Shown here in pieces: positions 1 to 10,900 of a stretch of DNA of 64,000 nt. Source of the DNA: an uncultured Planctomycetia bacterium (GTDB lineage Bacteria > Omnitrophota > Gorgyraeia > Duberdicusellales > 4484-171); contig CAZAYU010000001.1 of assembly GCA_964489445.1 (NCBI GenBank), positions 146,276 to 210,275 on the forward strand, given 5' to 3'. The translations under genes were made by a program, and so were the position numbers. How positions within the stretch are numbered: position 1 is the stretch's first letter; every line of letters starts with the position of its first letter. A model generated the notes under the pieces. It did not search any database. It had not been told where the DNA came from and was given only the letters and a program-made list of their open reading frames with translations.

Positions 1-739
1 ATACTTCGGGAACCTGACTATCTTTAATGACAAAATTTTCAAGATAAAATACCGCCTTTTGATATTCCTTAAGATAATAATATGAGATTCCCAGATCAAA
101 GACAGCATCTAAGTCTTCGGGGTTAAGCTTGTTTAGCTCGGTGAAATATTTAATTGCTTCTTGATGTTTTTCCAACGCTTGGCAGGCAACCCCTAAATTA
201 TAGTAGATCTCCTGACTTTTAGGAGCAATAGCTAGCGCTTTTTCATATATTTCGATTGCTTCTCCATATCTTTCCTCTAATAAATAATACGCCCCTTTGA
301 ATAAATACACCGCAAAACTACTTTTAATTTTTCCGTTACGTAAATCATCAATTATATTTAGCGCTTGACCAACATTATTATTTCCGGGTAAAGTATCACC
401 TATTTTTTTAAATATTTCTTCAGCGTATAAAAAATTGCTTTCTGAGGCAGCCCTAATTGCTTCCTTAAATAGCTCCTCACTATTGCCACCTCCAGGCACG
501 AAAGCAGAATCAGCAGAGATAAATTTAGGTTTATTGCCTCTAATTTCTAAAACATCTTCTAAGCAATACTTCTGCTTTTTCCCTTCGGATAACACCTCGA
601 TAAACTCTAAATTTTTATTAATGATTGTTCCACTAATTTCTTTGCCGGATTTAAGAATCACTCTACCGGCAAGCGCCGGCCTCAGCACCAAAAATTGCAA
701 GCACATCCACCCAATTATAATTATTAATTTTTTATTCAT
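1..739 (-). CDS. secreted TPR-repeat protein (start codon in window at 739, 3' end runs off window)
   Basis: Manual translation of the minus strand from the ATG at 739 gives MNKKLIIIIGWMCLQFLVLRPALAG, a signal-peptide-like N-terminus. Downstream are TPR-like helices (YYLLEERYGEAIEIYEKALAIAPKSQEIYYNLGVACQALEKHQEAIKYF...). The plus ORF 435..791 is its antisense shadow. Confidence 0.55.
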   Translation of the reverse strand, partial: MNKKLIIIIGWMCLQFLVLRPALAGRVILKSGKEISGTIINKNLEFIEVLSEGKKQKYCLEDVLEIRGNKPKFISADSAFVPGGGNSEELFKEAIRAASESNFLYAEEIFKKIGDTLPGNNNVGQALNIIDDLRNGKIKSSFAVYLFKGAYYLLEERYGEAIEIYEKALAIAPKSQEIYYNLGVACQALEKHQEAIKYFTELNKLNPEDLDAVFDLGISYYYLKEYQKAVFYLENFVIKDSQVPEV

Positions 740-787
740 CCTGTTTAGAAACTTCCCAAAATTTACACCCTGCTGCCGCAAACAATA

Positions 788-985
788 TTAAAGCGACTTA
801 ATTAATTTTCGAATATCAGATGGAACATTTCCTACTTCGATTTTGCTTCTCTTTAACGCCTTCAACATTCGCTGATAAACTTGATAGACTGTTTTTCCTT
901 CAGTAAGATTATTTAAACAAATAGCTCCATAACCTTTGCGATTTTTAATCTTAAAAATTTTAATTTTCCCAGCCGATATCTTCAT
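788..985 (-). CDS. hypothetical small basic protein (65 aa)
   Basis: ORF track. It sits immediately upstream of the TPR gene on the same strand. No family recognised with confidence; weak resemblance to a CRM/YhbY-like LTEG segment. Confidence 0.3.
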   Translation of the reverse strand: MKISAGKIKIFKIKNRKGYGAICLNNLTEGKTVYQVYQRMLKALKRSKIEVGNVPSDIRKLIKSL

Positions 986-1057
986 AGTATCACCTCACAT
1001 TTAATTAAAAAAGGCATGTTCAACTTAAGTCATTAAATTTAACATGCCTTTTCAATA

Positions 1058-1333
1058 TTATTTAGAGATTTTATTATACAACCAGCCAATCGCCAAGCCA
1101 AATACTCCAGCATCACAGAAGGCCCAGATTGCTCCAATTGTCCCGCCCCGAAAAGTAGCTTCAGTACCAATATACATTGTACTTAACGCAGCTATTAGCC
1201 CTGTTCCATAGTTGCAAAATTTAGCAAGCAACGCCATAATAAGAACACTTGCTCCCCAAATAATCCCTAACGTTAACCCTAGTGCTTTTGTATCTATTCT
1301 AGCCATTTTTACCTCCTTTTTTTTAAAAAACAA
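1058..1333 (-). CDS. small integral membrane protein (2-3 predicted TM helices)
   Basis: ORF track. The 91 aa product has hydrophobic Gly/Ala-rich helices (LGLTLGIIWGASVLIMALLA...GAIWAFCDAGVFGLAIGWLY). Confidence 0.4.
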   Translation of the reverse strand: MFFKKKEVKMARIDTKALGLTLGIIWGASVLIMALLAKFCNYGTGLIAALSTMYIGTEATFRGGTIGAIWAFCDAGVFGLAIGWLYNKISK

Positions 1334-1412
1334 ATATTTTTTAAAATCTCCTCACCTTATATATTATTTTAACGTTTTCTAGATACCTGTCAACAAGTTC
1401 ACCGCAAACAAA

Positions 1413-2588
1413 TTAGTCCCTAAAACCAGCCGCAGTTGCTCGATAAACTATTCGAGAGCCAAATTTATTCTTCATTTTATCAACAGCCATGCAAATTCTT
1501 TTCTTTTTTTCATAAAACGGCTCTTGGAAAATATTTTCGCTATCGTCAGTTCCTACAAAATTAGTCAACCGAACGCCTAAAAGCCGTATTTTCCTTCCCG
1601 ACAACCAAAATTCACCAAATAATTTTTTAATTATTTTATAGATTGTATCGCTAAAATTAGTAGAGTTTGAAATAGTAACAGACCGACTATACGTCTGAAA
1701 GCCCTCCAACCGAATCTTTAGAGTGATCGTCTTGGATTTTAAACCGCTCTTTCGCAGACGAAACGAAACCTTTTCCGAAAGATTCATCAAAGCGCCTTCA
1801 ATATATTTAATATCTTGTGTATCTTTTTCAAAAGTAATTTCATTGCTCAATGATTTCATACCATCGCTAGCTTCTACCTGGCTATCATCTTTACCCCGAG
1901 CCAATTTTTGCCATCGATAAGCGTTTTTCCCGAACGCTTTATGAAGAACCCTAATGTCTGTACCATCTAATTGACCAATTGTGTTAATCCCCATTTTGTT
2001 TAAAATCTGTGTGCTTTTTCTCCCTAAACCCCATATTTTTTCAACATCTAATGGCGTTAAAAATTTTGTTACTTCTTTATGTTTGACTTCCGTTAATCCT
2101 TCTGGCTTATTCATGTCTGAAGCAATTTTAGCCACTGCTTTGTTAGGAGCCAGCCCCACTGAAGCAGTTAATCCGGTCTTATCCTTGATTCGTTGTTGAA
2201 CCGCTATAGCCGCCGCCAGCGGTGTTTTAAAAATGTGATAGCTCCCGCTGATATCCAAAAATGCTTCATCTATGCTTACCATCTCTACTAAAGGTGTAAA
2301 CTCATAAAATATCCTTTGCACCACCAGAGAAACTTCCTGATACTTCTTCATGCGTACCGGAAGAAACACTCCGTGTGGGCACTTACGATAAGCTATTGAT
2401 ATCGGCATTGAGGAACAAACCCCAAACTTTCGAGCAGCGTAAGAACATGTTGATACTACTCCCCTGCCCCCTCCTCCACGAGGGTTAGCACCGATAATCA
2501 CTGGTTTATTGCGTAAATCAGGATTATCCCTCTGTTCTACGGAAGCAAAGAAAGCATCCATATCTACATGTAAAATATATCGCTTCAT
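1413..2588 (-). CDS. dinB: DNA polymerase IV (Y-family translesion polymerase)
   Basis: N-terminus MKRYILHVDMDAFFASVEQRDNPDLRNKPVIIG is the canonical DinB/UmuC motif. Length is 391 aa. Confidence 0.9.
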   Translation of the reverse strand: MKRYILHVDMDAFFASVEQRDNPDLRNKPVIIGANPRGGGGRGVVSTCSYAARKFGVCSSMPISIAYRKCPHGVFLPVRMKKYQEVSLVVQRIFYEFTPLVEMVSIDEAFLDISGSYHIFKTPLAAAIAVQQRIKDKTGLTASVGLAPNKAVAKIASDMNKPEGLTEVKHKEVTKFLTPLDVEKIWGLGRKSTQILNKMGINTIGQLDGTDIRVLHKAFGKNAYRWQKLARGKDDSQVEASDGMKSLSNEITFEKDTQDIKYIEGALMNLSEKVSFRLRKSGLKSKTITLKIRLEGFQTYSRSVTISNSTNFSDTIYKIIKKLFGEFWLSGRKIRLLGVRLTNFVGTDDSENIFQEPFYEKKKRICMAVDKMKNKFGSRIVYRATAAGFRD

Positions 2589-2617
2589 TGATTAACTACA
2601 ACCTCAATACAATGGAT

Positions 2618-3859
2618 TTACGCTCTATTTCTTTTGGAAATAGTATTGATTCTCGCTAAAACCGGAGGGTGAGAATACGATAAAAATACTTTCCATGGAT
2701 GAGGATTAAGGTTTGATAAATTGTCCACACTTAGTTTCTTTAAGGCGGTGATAAAGCTCTCCGGATGATCAAAAGTAGAGACTGCATAGCAGTCAGCTTG
2801 ATATTCATATTTACGAGACAAGAAATTACTTAGAAGCGAAAATACAAAATTAATCGGGGAATATAAAAAACCAAACAAACATAAGCTAGCATAAATTGAA
2901 ATATTCTTAATTTTAAAAGCCAATAAAAAACTTGCATCATTCACGAAGAAAGAAAGCATAAAAAACATAAGACCACTAGTTAACATAGAAATCATCAAAA
3001 ACTTTAAAATATGTTTCTTCTTATAATGTCCTATTTCATGTGCCAGAACAGAAACTAGCTCCTCCTTTGTGTGTTTTTCAATAAGCGTATCAAATAAAAC
3101 AATACGCCGAAAACGGCCGAATCCAGTAAAAAACGCATTCGATTTAGCTGAGCGACGCGAGCCATCCATTTTAAATATTCCGTTTAGTTTAAAATTTTCT
3201 GAATGTGCGTAATCAGTGATTGCCCCCTTCAACTCTCCTTCTTCCAATGGAATAAACTTATTAAATAGCGGCATAATTACCGCGGGAGCAATGAACATTA
3301 TAAACAATTCTACTAAAGTTACAGCTAACCAGCATAATATCCATGCTGAATTTCCTGTTTTTAAAAAAAACCAGATAATAAATGCAAACACCACCCCACC
3401 AATCGCTATCATTAAGCCCCAACCTTTAATAATATCTTGAATGAAGGTTTTTACGCTGGTCCGATTAAATCCATACCTTTGTTCAATCACAAATGTATGG
3501 TAAGCCGAAAAAGGAATCTCTAAAATTTGAAAAAGGAAAAATAATATTCCGACAAAGAATAACCCCGTAACAATGACCCCAAAGCCAAATCCTCTGGCTA
3601 TCTGATCAATAGCACTAAAGCCCCCACTTAAAATAAGAGTTAAAACCACGATTAAGAACGCTGTATCTTTAATTATTTTAAAGTAAGTATTGTCTTTTAG
3701 GTAGCTTTGTGATTTATCATACCTCTCAGGATCATAATATTCTTTAAATCCCAAAGGAATGCCTTTGTTTAACACTTTTAAATTGAATATTTCTGCAGAA
3801 ATATTCAACAAGTACTCAATAACCAAAATCGTCAGAATAATAACTAGATAAATATTCAT
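2618..3859 (-). CDS. M48 family zinc metallopeptidase (Ste24/HtpX-like), polytopic membrane protein
   Basis: Multiple TM helices plus a HEIGH zinc motif (VLAHEIGHYKKKH) in the C-terminal third. 413 aa. Confidence 0.8.
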   Translation of the reverse strand: MNIYLVIILTILVIEYLLNISAEIFNLKVLNKGIPLGFKEYYDPERYDKSQSYLKDNTYFKIIKDTAFLIVVLTLILSGGFSAIDQIARGFGFGVIVTGLFFVGILFFLFQILEIPFSAYHTFVIEQRYGFNRTSVKTFIQDIIKGWGLMIAIGGVVFAFIIWFFLKTGNSAWILCWLAVTLVELFIMFIAPAVIMPLFNKFIPLEEGELKGAITDYAHSENFKLNGIFKMDGSRRSAKSNAFFTGFGRFRRIVLFDTLIEKHTKEELVSVLAHEIGHYKKKHILKFLMISMLTSGLMFFMLSFFVNDASFLLAFKIKNISIYASLCLFGFLYSPINFVFSLLSNFLSRKYEYQADCYAVSTFDHPESFITALKKLSVDNLSNLNPHPWKVFLSYSHPPVLARINTISKRNRA

Positions 3860-3970
3860 CGTTATTTGATCATTTCTAAATCTCCACTAATAGCGTATGT
3901 ATCTTTTGTGTTTTGCAAATACCTTTTAAATACCACAGATAAAATTCTACTCTAAATACTGCTTCTATCC

Positions 3971-5044
3971 TCAAGCATTATCCACTGCTTTTTCTTGCCC
4001 TGCTATATGTAGAGTTTGTGTCGGAAATGCAAATTCAATCCCTAGCTGCTCAAATATTTTTTTTATATTTAGATTAATTTCTTGATTAATATCCATATAT
4101 TTGTTGTAATCGCTACCAACAACATAATAAACTACTTCAAAAATAAGACTAAAATCTCCATAATTTGCAAAATGAGCCCGATCAAAAACAGTATCATTAA
4201 TGTTCGTTATTATTTCTTTTATTAATCCGGGTATTTGTTTTGCTTTCTCTAAGGAAGTTTCGTACACCACCCCTAGCTTAAAGGTGACTCTTCTTTTTTC
4301 CATCCGTTTGTAGTTACGTAAACGAGAATCAGTCAGGTCGGAATTTGAAAAAATTAATTGCTCACCGCTTAAACTACGAATCCGAGTAGTCTTAATCCCA
4401 ATGTGTTCCACTGCTCCTAAATGATCTCCAATGATTAAAAAATCACCAATTTCAAATGGCCGGTCAAAGATAATCGAAAAATAACTAAATAAATCTTTTA
4501 GCACTGCTTGGGCAGCCAAGGCAATAGCTACACCACCAATACCTAACCCGGCAATAACCGTAGATATTTTAAACCCTAGATTATCTAAGAAAAATATTAC
4601 CGCTAGAGCCCAGATAATGAATTTTAAAACCTTTAGTATCCCACTTAAGCTATGTTCTAAAACATTAGTTTGCGTTGTCTGCTGCCAATAGTTCTTTAAA
4701 CCATATTCGATTAATCTCACTATTAATTTACAAGCAAAAATAGTTAGGACTCCTACCGCCAACACATCTAAGAAGCGACTTATGTTTTTGCTTAGTGCCA
4801 AGGTATATAGCCCAAAATAAGCAATGCCTAGATAAGCAAGCGGCATTCCTATTTTCTCGACAATTGTAATTAGAAAATCATCAATGGTTGTTGATGTTTT
4901 CTCAGCCATTTTTTTAATTCGAGATATGCATAACTTTTCAAATAGCTTAACACCAACGACTCCTATCAATAATATCCCTATGGAAACCAGATACCTACCA
5001 ATGCTATTTGTGAATACCTGATATTCTAAAATTTGCTTAAGCAT
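3971..5044 (-). CDS. mechanosensitive ion channel, MscS family
   Basis: N-terminal TM helices followed by a conserved MscS beta-domain (GDFLIIGDHLGAVEHIGIKTTRIRSLSGEQLIFSNS). 357 aa. Confidence 0.85.
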   Translation of the reverse strand: MLKQILEYQVFTNSIGRYLVSIGILLIGVVGVKLFEKLCISRIKKMAEKTSTTIDDFLITIVEKIGMPLAYLGIAYFGLYTLALSKNISRFLDVLAVGVLTIFACKLIVRLIEYGLKNYWQQTTQTNVLEHSLSGILKVLKFIIWALAVIFFLDNLGFKISTVIAGLGIGGVAIALAAQAVLKDLFSYFSIIFDRPFEIGDFLIIGDHLGAVEHIGIKTTRIRSLSGEQLIFSNSDLTDSRLRNYKRMEKRRVTFKLGVVYETSLEKAKQIPGLIKEIITNINDTVFDRAHFANYGDFSLIFEVVYYVVGSDYNKYMDINQEINLNIKKIFEQLGIEFAFPTQTLHIAGQEKAVDNA

Positions 5045-5082
5045 TTTTACCTCCCTCCAATGTTTAGTACTATTTTAACCTA

Positions 5083-5838
5083 TTAATGGCTCAGTTTTTC
5101 TGCCGCATTTCGATACCGACAAAAATCACAATCTTTACCCGAAGACGGAATTTGATCGCCTGATAAACAGTGATAAATTTCCTGAATTAAACCTTCAACC
5201 CAATCGGAATTCCCTTTGTAGCTAATTAAAGTAATATCAAACTCTAACTTCCCATCAAATTTATCAACATTAGTTTTACCATTGCAATAAACGAAATAGC
5301 CAGTTTCAGATACTAAATAGTTATTTTTACGTAATAACCATTGGTAAATCTCCATCTGTCGCTTGTAGCTGTCCTGCCATTGTTTATTTAGCGCAGTTAT
5401 CTCTTCATTCTTACTTGTTGCCTTATAGTCTACCACAATATACTCATTTTTTGAGTTAATCCATAAATCATCAATTGCCCCGGTAACAATAAAATTAGTT
5501 GGCTTATGATGATATTGAACACCCTTGAAGTTATTCCTCCATGCATCTAAGTTAGTATCTTTTACCGGTAATGCATCAACTCCGTATTTTTTAATTAATG
5601 GATGAGAACTGCCTTCTTGCCGTAAAATATCAAACTCCTTTTTAAGTAACGCGTCAACCGCGTTATTTAGAGTAAAAGGAAATCCCGGCGGTCGGCCCAC
5701 ACCCAATCTACGATCTAAATAAAAACACTTAGGACATCCGATATATAGATCAATTTTTGAACGACTTAGCTTGAATGGCTGCTTTTCCCCTGGCACATAA
5801 AGATTACGCGTCCGTGGAACATTATAATATTGAGACAT
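5083..5838 (-). CDS. PD-(D/E)XK nuclease superfamily protein, Cas4/RecB-like with 4 Cys (putative Fe-S)
   Basis: D...EYIVVDYK (D-ExK) catalytic motif. Cysteines sit at the N-terminus (CPKC) and C-terminus (CDFC). 251 aa. No cas genes or repeats nearby. Confidence 0.55.
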   Translation of the reverse strand: MSQYYNVPRTRNLYVPGEKQPFKLSRSKIDLYIGCPKCFYLDRRLGVGRPPGFPFTLNNAVDALLKKEFDILRQEGSSHPLIKKYGVDALPVKDTNLDAWRNNFKGVQYHHKPTNFIVTGAIDDLWINSKNEYIVVDYKATSKNEEITALNKQWQDSYKRQMEIYQWLLRKNNYLVSETGYFVYCNGKTNVDKFDGKLEFDITLISYKGNSDWVEGLIQEIYHCLSGDQIPSSGKDCDFCRYRNAAEKLSH

Positions 5839-5885
5839 CGCCTATTCTATCCTCCAATTACATCATAAATTATTTATTTTTTTAT

Positions 5886-7805
5886 TCAAGTAAATAAATC
5901 CTTCAATTCCTTAATTTCTTTTTCTATCTCTAAAATCCGGTTCTTGATTTCTTTAACTCGACAATCATACTCTTTCTTTGTCTGCTCGCTATGATAACTC
6001 TTTTCATTAGCCAAAGTACGCTTTTTTGCATAATGCTCTAGCTCGATGGCCTCTTTCTCTTTTCTTAGTTTTTTTATTTTTCCAGATATTTTAAAATTAT
6101 TTCTCTTAATTTCCGCTTTTGATTGTTTGTTTTCTAGTACTTTGGTAACTTTTTTTTTCTTTACTTTGTCCCTATTTAATCCAGAGCCTGTTTTTTTGCT
6201 AACATCCTTATCCGGAAAACTTTGTTCATTGATTTTTCCCCAATAATAGTCAAAATTACCTGGAAATTTTTTTACTCTGCCAGATTGAACATCAAATACA
6301 GTATTGGCAACTGACCGCACAAAATGAATGTCGTGACTAATAAATACAACTGACCCCTCATACACATTAAGAGCCTTGATTAACGCTTCTACTGCGTCAA
6401 CATCTAAATGAGTTGTCGGCTCATCTAGCAATAAAAAATTAGGAGGTTTAATTAATAACTTAGCCAGAATTAACCGACTCTTTTCACCACCAGATAAAAC
6501 ACTTACTTTCTTATCTACATCGTCACCGGAAAACAAAAACAAACTTAAAATAGTCCTGATTTTTTCTCCTGTCACTGACCCCCCACTTGACAAGCAAGCT
6601 TCTTCAATTACAGTATTTGAAGAACTCAAGATATCCATCCTTCTTTGTGAAAAATAGCCAATAGTAGTATTGTGCCCCACCAGTCTCTTTCCTTCTTCAA
6701 TGTCAATTACTCCGGCTAAAATCTTTAAAAGTGTTGATTTTCCAGCTCCATTTTTACCAACTAATACCGCTTTTTCTCCACGGATAATCTCAAAATCAAA
6801 ATTTTTATAGACTAAGATATCTCCGTAAGATTTTTTTACTTCTTCTAACTTAATTACCTGATACCCACTATTATCTACAACAGGAAATTTAAAATTTCTC
6901 ACGCTCTCTCGTCGATTTGCAGGAAGATCTATTGTCTCCATCTTATCTAATACTCTTTTTTTTGCACGAACTTGCGAAGCTTTATTGGGCTGTCCATGAA
7001 AGCGTTCAGCAAAATTTTTAAGTTGTTTACGTTTTTTTTCCTGTTCTGAAAATTGCTTTAATAGGTAACTCTTTTTTTCATTTTCAATCCTTTTGTAGTC
7101 TTCATAGTTTCCTTTAATTTTCACAATACTTTTATTTTCTAAAACTAAAATATTATTAGTAGTCTGATCAAGAAAATCCTTATCGTGAGAAATCATAATA
7201 AAGGTCCCTTTAAAATTAAGTAAGTAGTCCTTAAACCATAAAGCAGCCTCTAGATCTAGGTGATTCATCGGCTCATCTAGAAACAAAATATCATAATGAC
7301 AAACAAGAAGCTTCGCTAACAAAACACGCATTTGCCAACCACCACTCAACTGCTTTACAGGACGTAAGAAATCACTTTCGCTAAATCCGAGCCCCATCAA
7401 CACTGCTTTTGTTTTATACTCTAGGGTATAGTAACCTAAAAATTCTAACTCGGACAAAACATCTCCGTATCGTGTTAAGCTAGACTGGCCTTTTTCTTCT
7501 AAAGCCTTTTTTTCATCTACCAGGCACCTCATCTGCTCATCTCCTCCAACCACTTCCGACAAAATTAATGCTTCCGACTCAAAATGAGCTTCTTGCGGTA
7601 AATACCCAATACGAATATTTTTTTGGCCTTCTACCTGCCCACCTGTTACTTCTTCCTTGTTGAGAATAATTGAAAAAAAAGTACTTTTCCCTGCACCGTT
7701 TGGACCTACTAACCCGATTTTTTCTCCTCGGTTAATTGTTAAATTCACCTTATCAAATAAAACGTAATGACCATATTTTTTGGAAATGTTGCTTATTTTA
7801 ATCAT
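5886..7805 (-). CDS. ABC-F family ATPase (Uup/EttA-like translation factor; two ABC domains plus C-terminal coiled coil)
   Basis: Two Walker A motifs (GPNGAGKST and GKNGAGKST) and two LSGG signatures. Lys/Glu-rich C-terminal coiled coil. No TM domain. 639 aa. Confidence 0.85.
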   Translation of the reverse strand: MIKISNISKKYGHYVLFDKVNLTINRGEKIGLVGPNGAGKSTFFSIILNKEEVTGGQVEGQKNIRIGYLPQEAHFESEALILSEVVGGDEQMRCLVDEKKALEEKGQSSLTRYGDVLSELEFLGYYTLEYKTKAVLMGLGFSESDFLRPVKQLSGGWQMRVLLAKLLVCHYDILFLDEPMNHLDLEAALWFKDYLLNFKGTFIMISHDKDFLDQTTNNILVLENKSIVKIKGNYEDYKRIENEKKSYLLKQFSEQEKKRKQLKNFAERFHGQPNKASQVRAKKRVLDKMETIDLPANRRESVRNFKFPVVDNSGYQVIKLEEVKKSYGDILVYKNFDFEIIRGEKAVLVGKNGAGKSTLLKILAGVIDIEEGKRLVGHNTTIGYFSQRRMDILSSSNTVIEEACLSSGGSVTGEKIRTILSLFLFSGDDVDKKVSVLSGGEKSRLILAKLLIKPPNFLLLDEPTTHLDVDAVEALIKALNVYEGSVVFISHDIHFVRSVANTVFDVQSGRVKKFPGNFDYYWGKINEQSFPDKDVSKKTGSGLNRDKVKKKKVTKVLENKQSKAEIKRNNFKISGKIKKLRKEKEAIELEHYAKKRTLANEKSYHSEQTKKEYDCRVKEIKNRILEIEKEIKELKDLFT

Positions 7806-7937
7806 ACAATACCTTACATTTGCTAGAAATAGCTTATGTCGTATTCACAGACAAAGCCAGACAATATATTTTTAGTTTTTAGCACCTAGGACAGAAGCAA
7901 TTAAAATTGAACAACATACAAAATTCTGTTGATAGTG

Positions 7938-10900
7938 TCAGCCAGATTCTGCTTTAATTTTTTCGGCAATCTCTCGAGGAACCTGAGCATATTTTTCAAA
8001 ACGCATAGAACAATTAACCCTTCCACTACTCAATGAACGTAAATTAGTAGTATAACCGAACATTTCCGAAAGTGGAGCTTCTGCTTTGATAATTTTCTGC
8101 TTATTCTTGGTATCCATCCCTAATATTTTTCCTCGACGAGAACAGATATATCCTACAATACTACTAGAGTATTCCTCAGGGGTGATAATTTCTAAAGCCA
8201 TATACGGCTCTAAAAGAATTGGATCGCACTTCATAAAAACACTACGAAAGCATCCCTGTGCAGCAAGCTTAAATGCCAACTCAGAAGAATCAACATTATG
8301 ATAAGAACCGTCGGTAAGATCAACCTTGATGTCTACTACCGGATATCCGGCATAAATTCCCTTTTTTATTACTTCCAGCAAACCTTTCTCCACCGCCGGA
8401 ATATAGCTTTTTGGTATTCTTCCTCCAGTAATACTATTTTTAAATTCAAACCCTTTACCTTGTTCATTAGGAGAAAACTCCATAACTACATGACCATACT
8501 GTCCTCTTCCTCCAGTTTGCTTTATGTGCTTGTACTCTTCGGATAAGGTAGACAATATTGTTTCCTTGTAGGCTACCTTTGGTTGCCCTACAGAAGCATC
8601 GATCTTGAATTCACTTTTCAATCGATCAGCGATAATCTCCAAGTGTAGCTCACCCATCCCGGAAATAATTGTTTCTTGAGTCTCATCGTCAATTCTTGCC
8701 GAAAACGTAGGATCTTCTTCGGAGAGTTTTGCCAATGCTTTGCTTAACTTATCCTGGTCAGAACTACTTTCCGGTTTGATACTAATAGAAACAACTGGAT
8801 CAGAAAATTCCATCTGCTCCAATAATATAGAGTCACTTAAATCGCAAAGCGTATCGCCAGTTAATGTATTGTTTAAACCCACAGCAACGGCAATATCTCC
8901 AGTAAATACTGCTTCAATATTCTTCCGCTGGTTTGCATGCATCTCTAAAATTCTCCCGATTCTTTCTTTCTTTCCTTTAACCGCATTCAAGATGTACGTA
9001 CCCGCCTTCAAACAACCAGAATACACCCTTATATACACCAACTTACCAGTGTGTGGGTCAGTTTGGACTTTAAACGCTAACGCTGAAAATGGCTCTTCAT
9101 CTAAAGGTTTTCTGAATATTTTTTTCTCTGAATCATCCGGATCCGTGCCTTCTACAGGAGGTAAATCAGAAGGCGCTGGAAGATATTTATTGACTGCATC
9201 CAACAGCATCTGGACGCCTTTATTCTTAAACGCCGAACCACATAATGCCGGAACAATTTTATTAGCTATTGTTCCTTTACGTATACTAGAAAGTAGCTCA
9301 TCAATGGTAATCGAATCTTCTGATTCGAGATATTTCTCCATCAACGAATCTTCTAATTCTACTGCTTTCTCCAGCATGATATGTCGATATTTACGAGCAA
9401 CTTCCTGATATTCTTCAGGAATTTCCGCTGTTCGAAAATCTTTGCCCATTGAATCATCATCATAGATACAGGCCTTCATTTGGATAAGATCAATTATTCC
9501 AGAAAATTTATCTTCCGAGCCAATAGGAATCTGTAACGGAATTACATTGGCATTTAAGTCTTTCTCAATGTTTTCTACAACTCCGAAAAAATCTGCACCA
9601 ACGCGATCCATTTTATTAATAAAAGCAATTTTAGGAACTTCATATTTATCGGACTGCCGCCAAACTGTTTCTGACTGTGGCTCTACGCCTCCTACAGCAC
9701 AAAACACAGCTACAGCGCCGTCTAGAACTCTTAATGACCGTTCTACTTCTACAGTAAAATCTACATGTCCAGGGGTATCAATAATATTTATCCGGTGATC
9801 TTGCCAAAAACAAGTAGTAGCCGCTGAGGTAATCGTAATCCCTCGTTCTTGCTCCTGCTTCATCCAATCCATTTGCGCTTTTCCATCATGCACCTCTCCA
9901 ATTTTATGAGAACGACCGGTATAAAACAATATTCTTTCGGTAAGAGTAGTTTTTCCGGCATCAATATGAGCCATAATGCCGATATTACGGACTTGGGATA
10001 GATCGCTTTTTCTTAACGGCAAATCTTCTTTTTGCCCTTTCTGGGAAAGAGATTGTTTATCTAAATTATTCTCTGCTGTTGTATCTAAAGAAGAAACATT
10101 CTGAATGCTCTTGTTAAATTCTTTATCTAAACCGGGAATAATTTTTTGAGAATTTCCTGTTTCAACATGGTTTAAAAAAGTATCCAGGTCTCTGGGTGAG
10201 ACTTCTTTTGTGACATTATTATTATCCTTATCTTGTTCTTTTTCTATAGACAACTCCTTATTAGATAATTTTTTTTCCTCAAGAGTGGTCGTCTCTTTTG
10301 CCTCCGGAGTCGATTCAGAAAAATATTTCTTTTCCATTTCCTTAACTCGATGAGATAAAGACATCCTTTCCTTACTCAAAGCTTCAAATGTCTCTTCCTT
10401 GCTTTTCAATTCCTTGTTACGAACTTCTAACTCTTGCTTTAGCTCTTCTACTTGTTCAGATAATAAATTATACTCATCCTTAGAAACCCACCCACTTTCC
10501 TTCTCTTTCTCCTTTATCTCTTTTATCTTACTCTGGTAATCACGGACCTCTTTCATGTAATTACTTATTTTTTCTTTTTGCTGCTTACTACTTTCCTTAA
10601 ATGACTCAATATTGCTATTTAACCCATCAATTGTCTTATTTAACTCTTCTAGTTCTTTTGTTGTATCTGCTAAATCTTTGTTTAAACGAACGTTTTTTGA
10701 AAATTCTTCCTCCAGCTGTTTTTCCTTATCCATCATTTTTTCTTGCAATTGAAAAACTGGGACTTTGTTATCGTTAATAATCTGCTGCTGACGCTCAAGC
10801 CATTGCTTGTTCTTGCGTTGCTTTTCGGTAAAATCCACTTCTTTTTTTTGAAGAATTAGTACTTTTTCTGCCAGAGAATTATTTTCAAGCTCGATTTTCT

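Noticed and set aside
435-791. Plus-strand ORF of 118 aa
   Set aside because: It lies entirely antisense to the better-supported minus-strand TPR protein gene (signal peptide plus TPR helices). It is low-complexity and is an antisense shadow ORF.
8740-9408. 222-aa plus-strand ORF (and neighbouring plus ORFs 8086..8546 and 9547..9798)
   Set aside because: It sits antisense inside the EF-G coding region, is Ser-rich and low-complexity, and has no motifs. This is a typical shadow ORF in a long gene.
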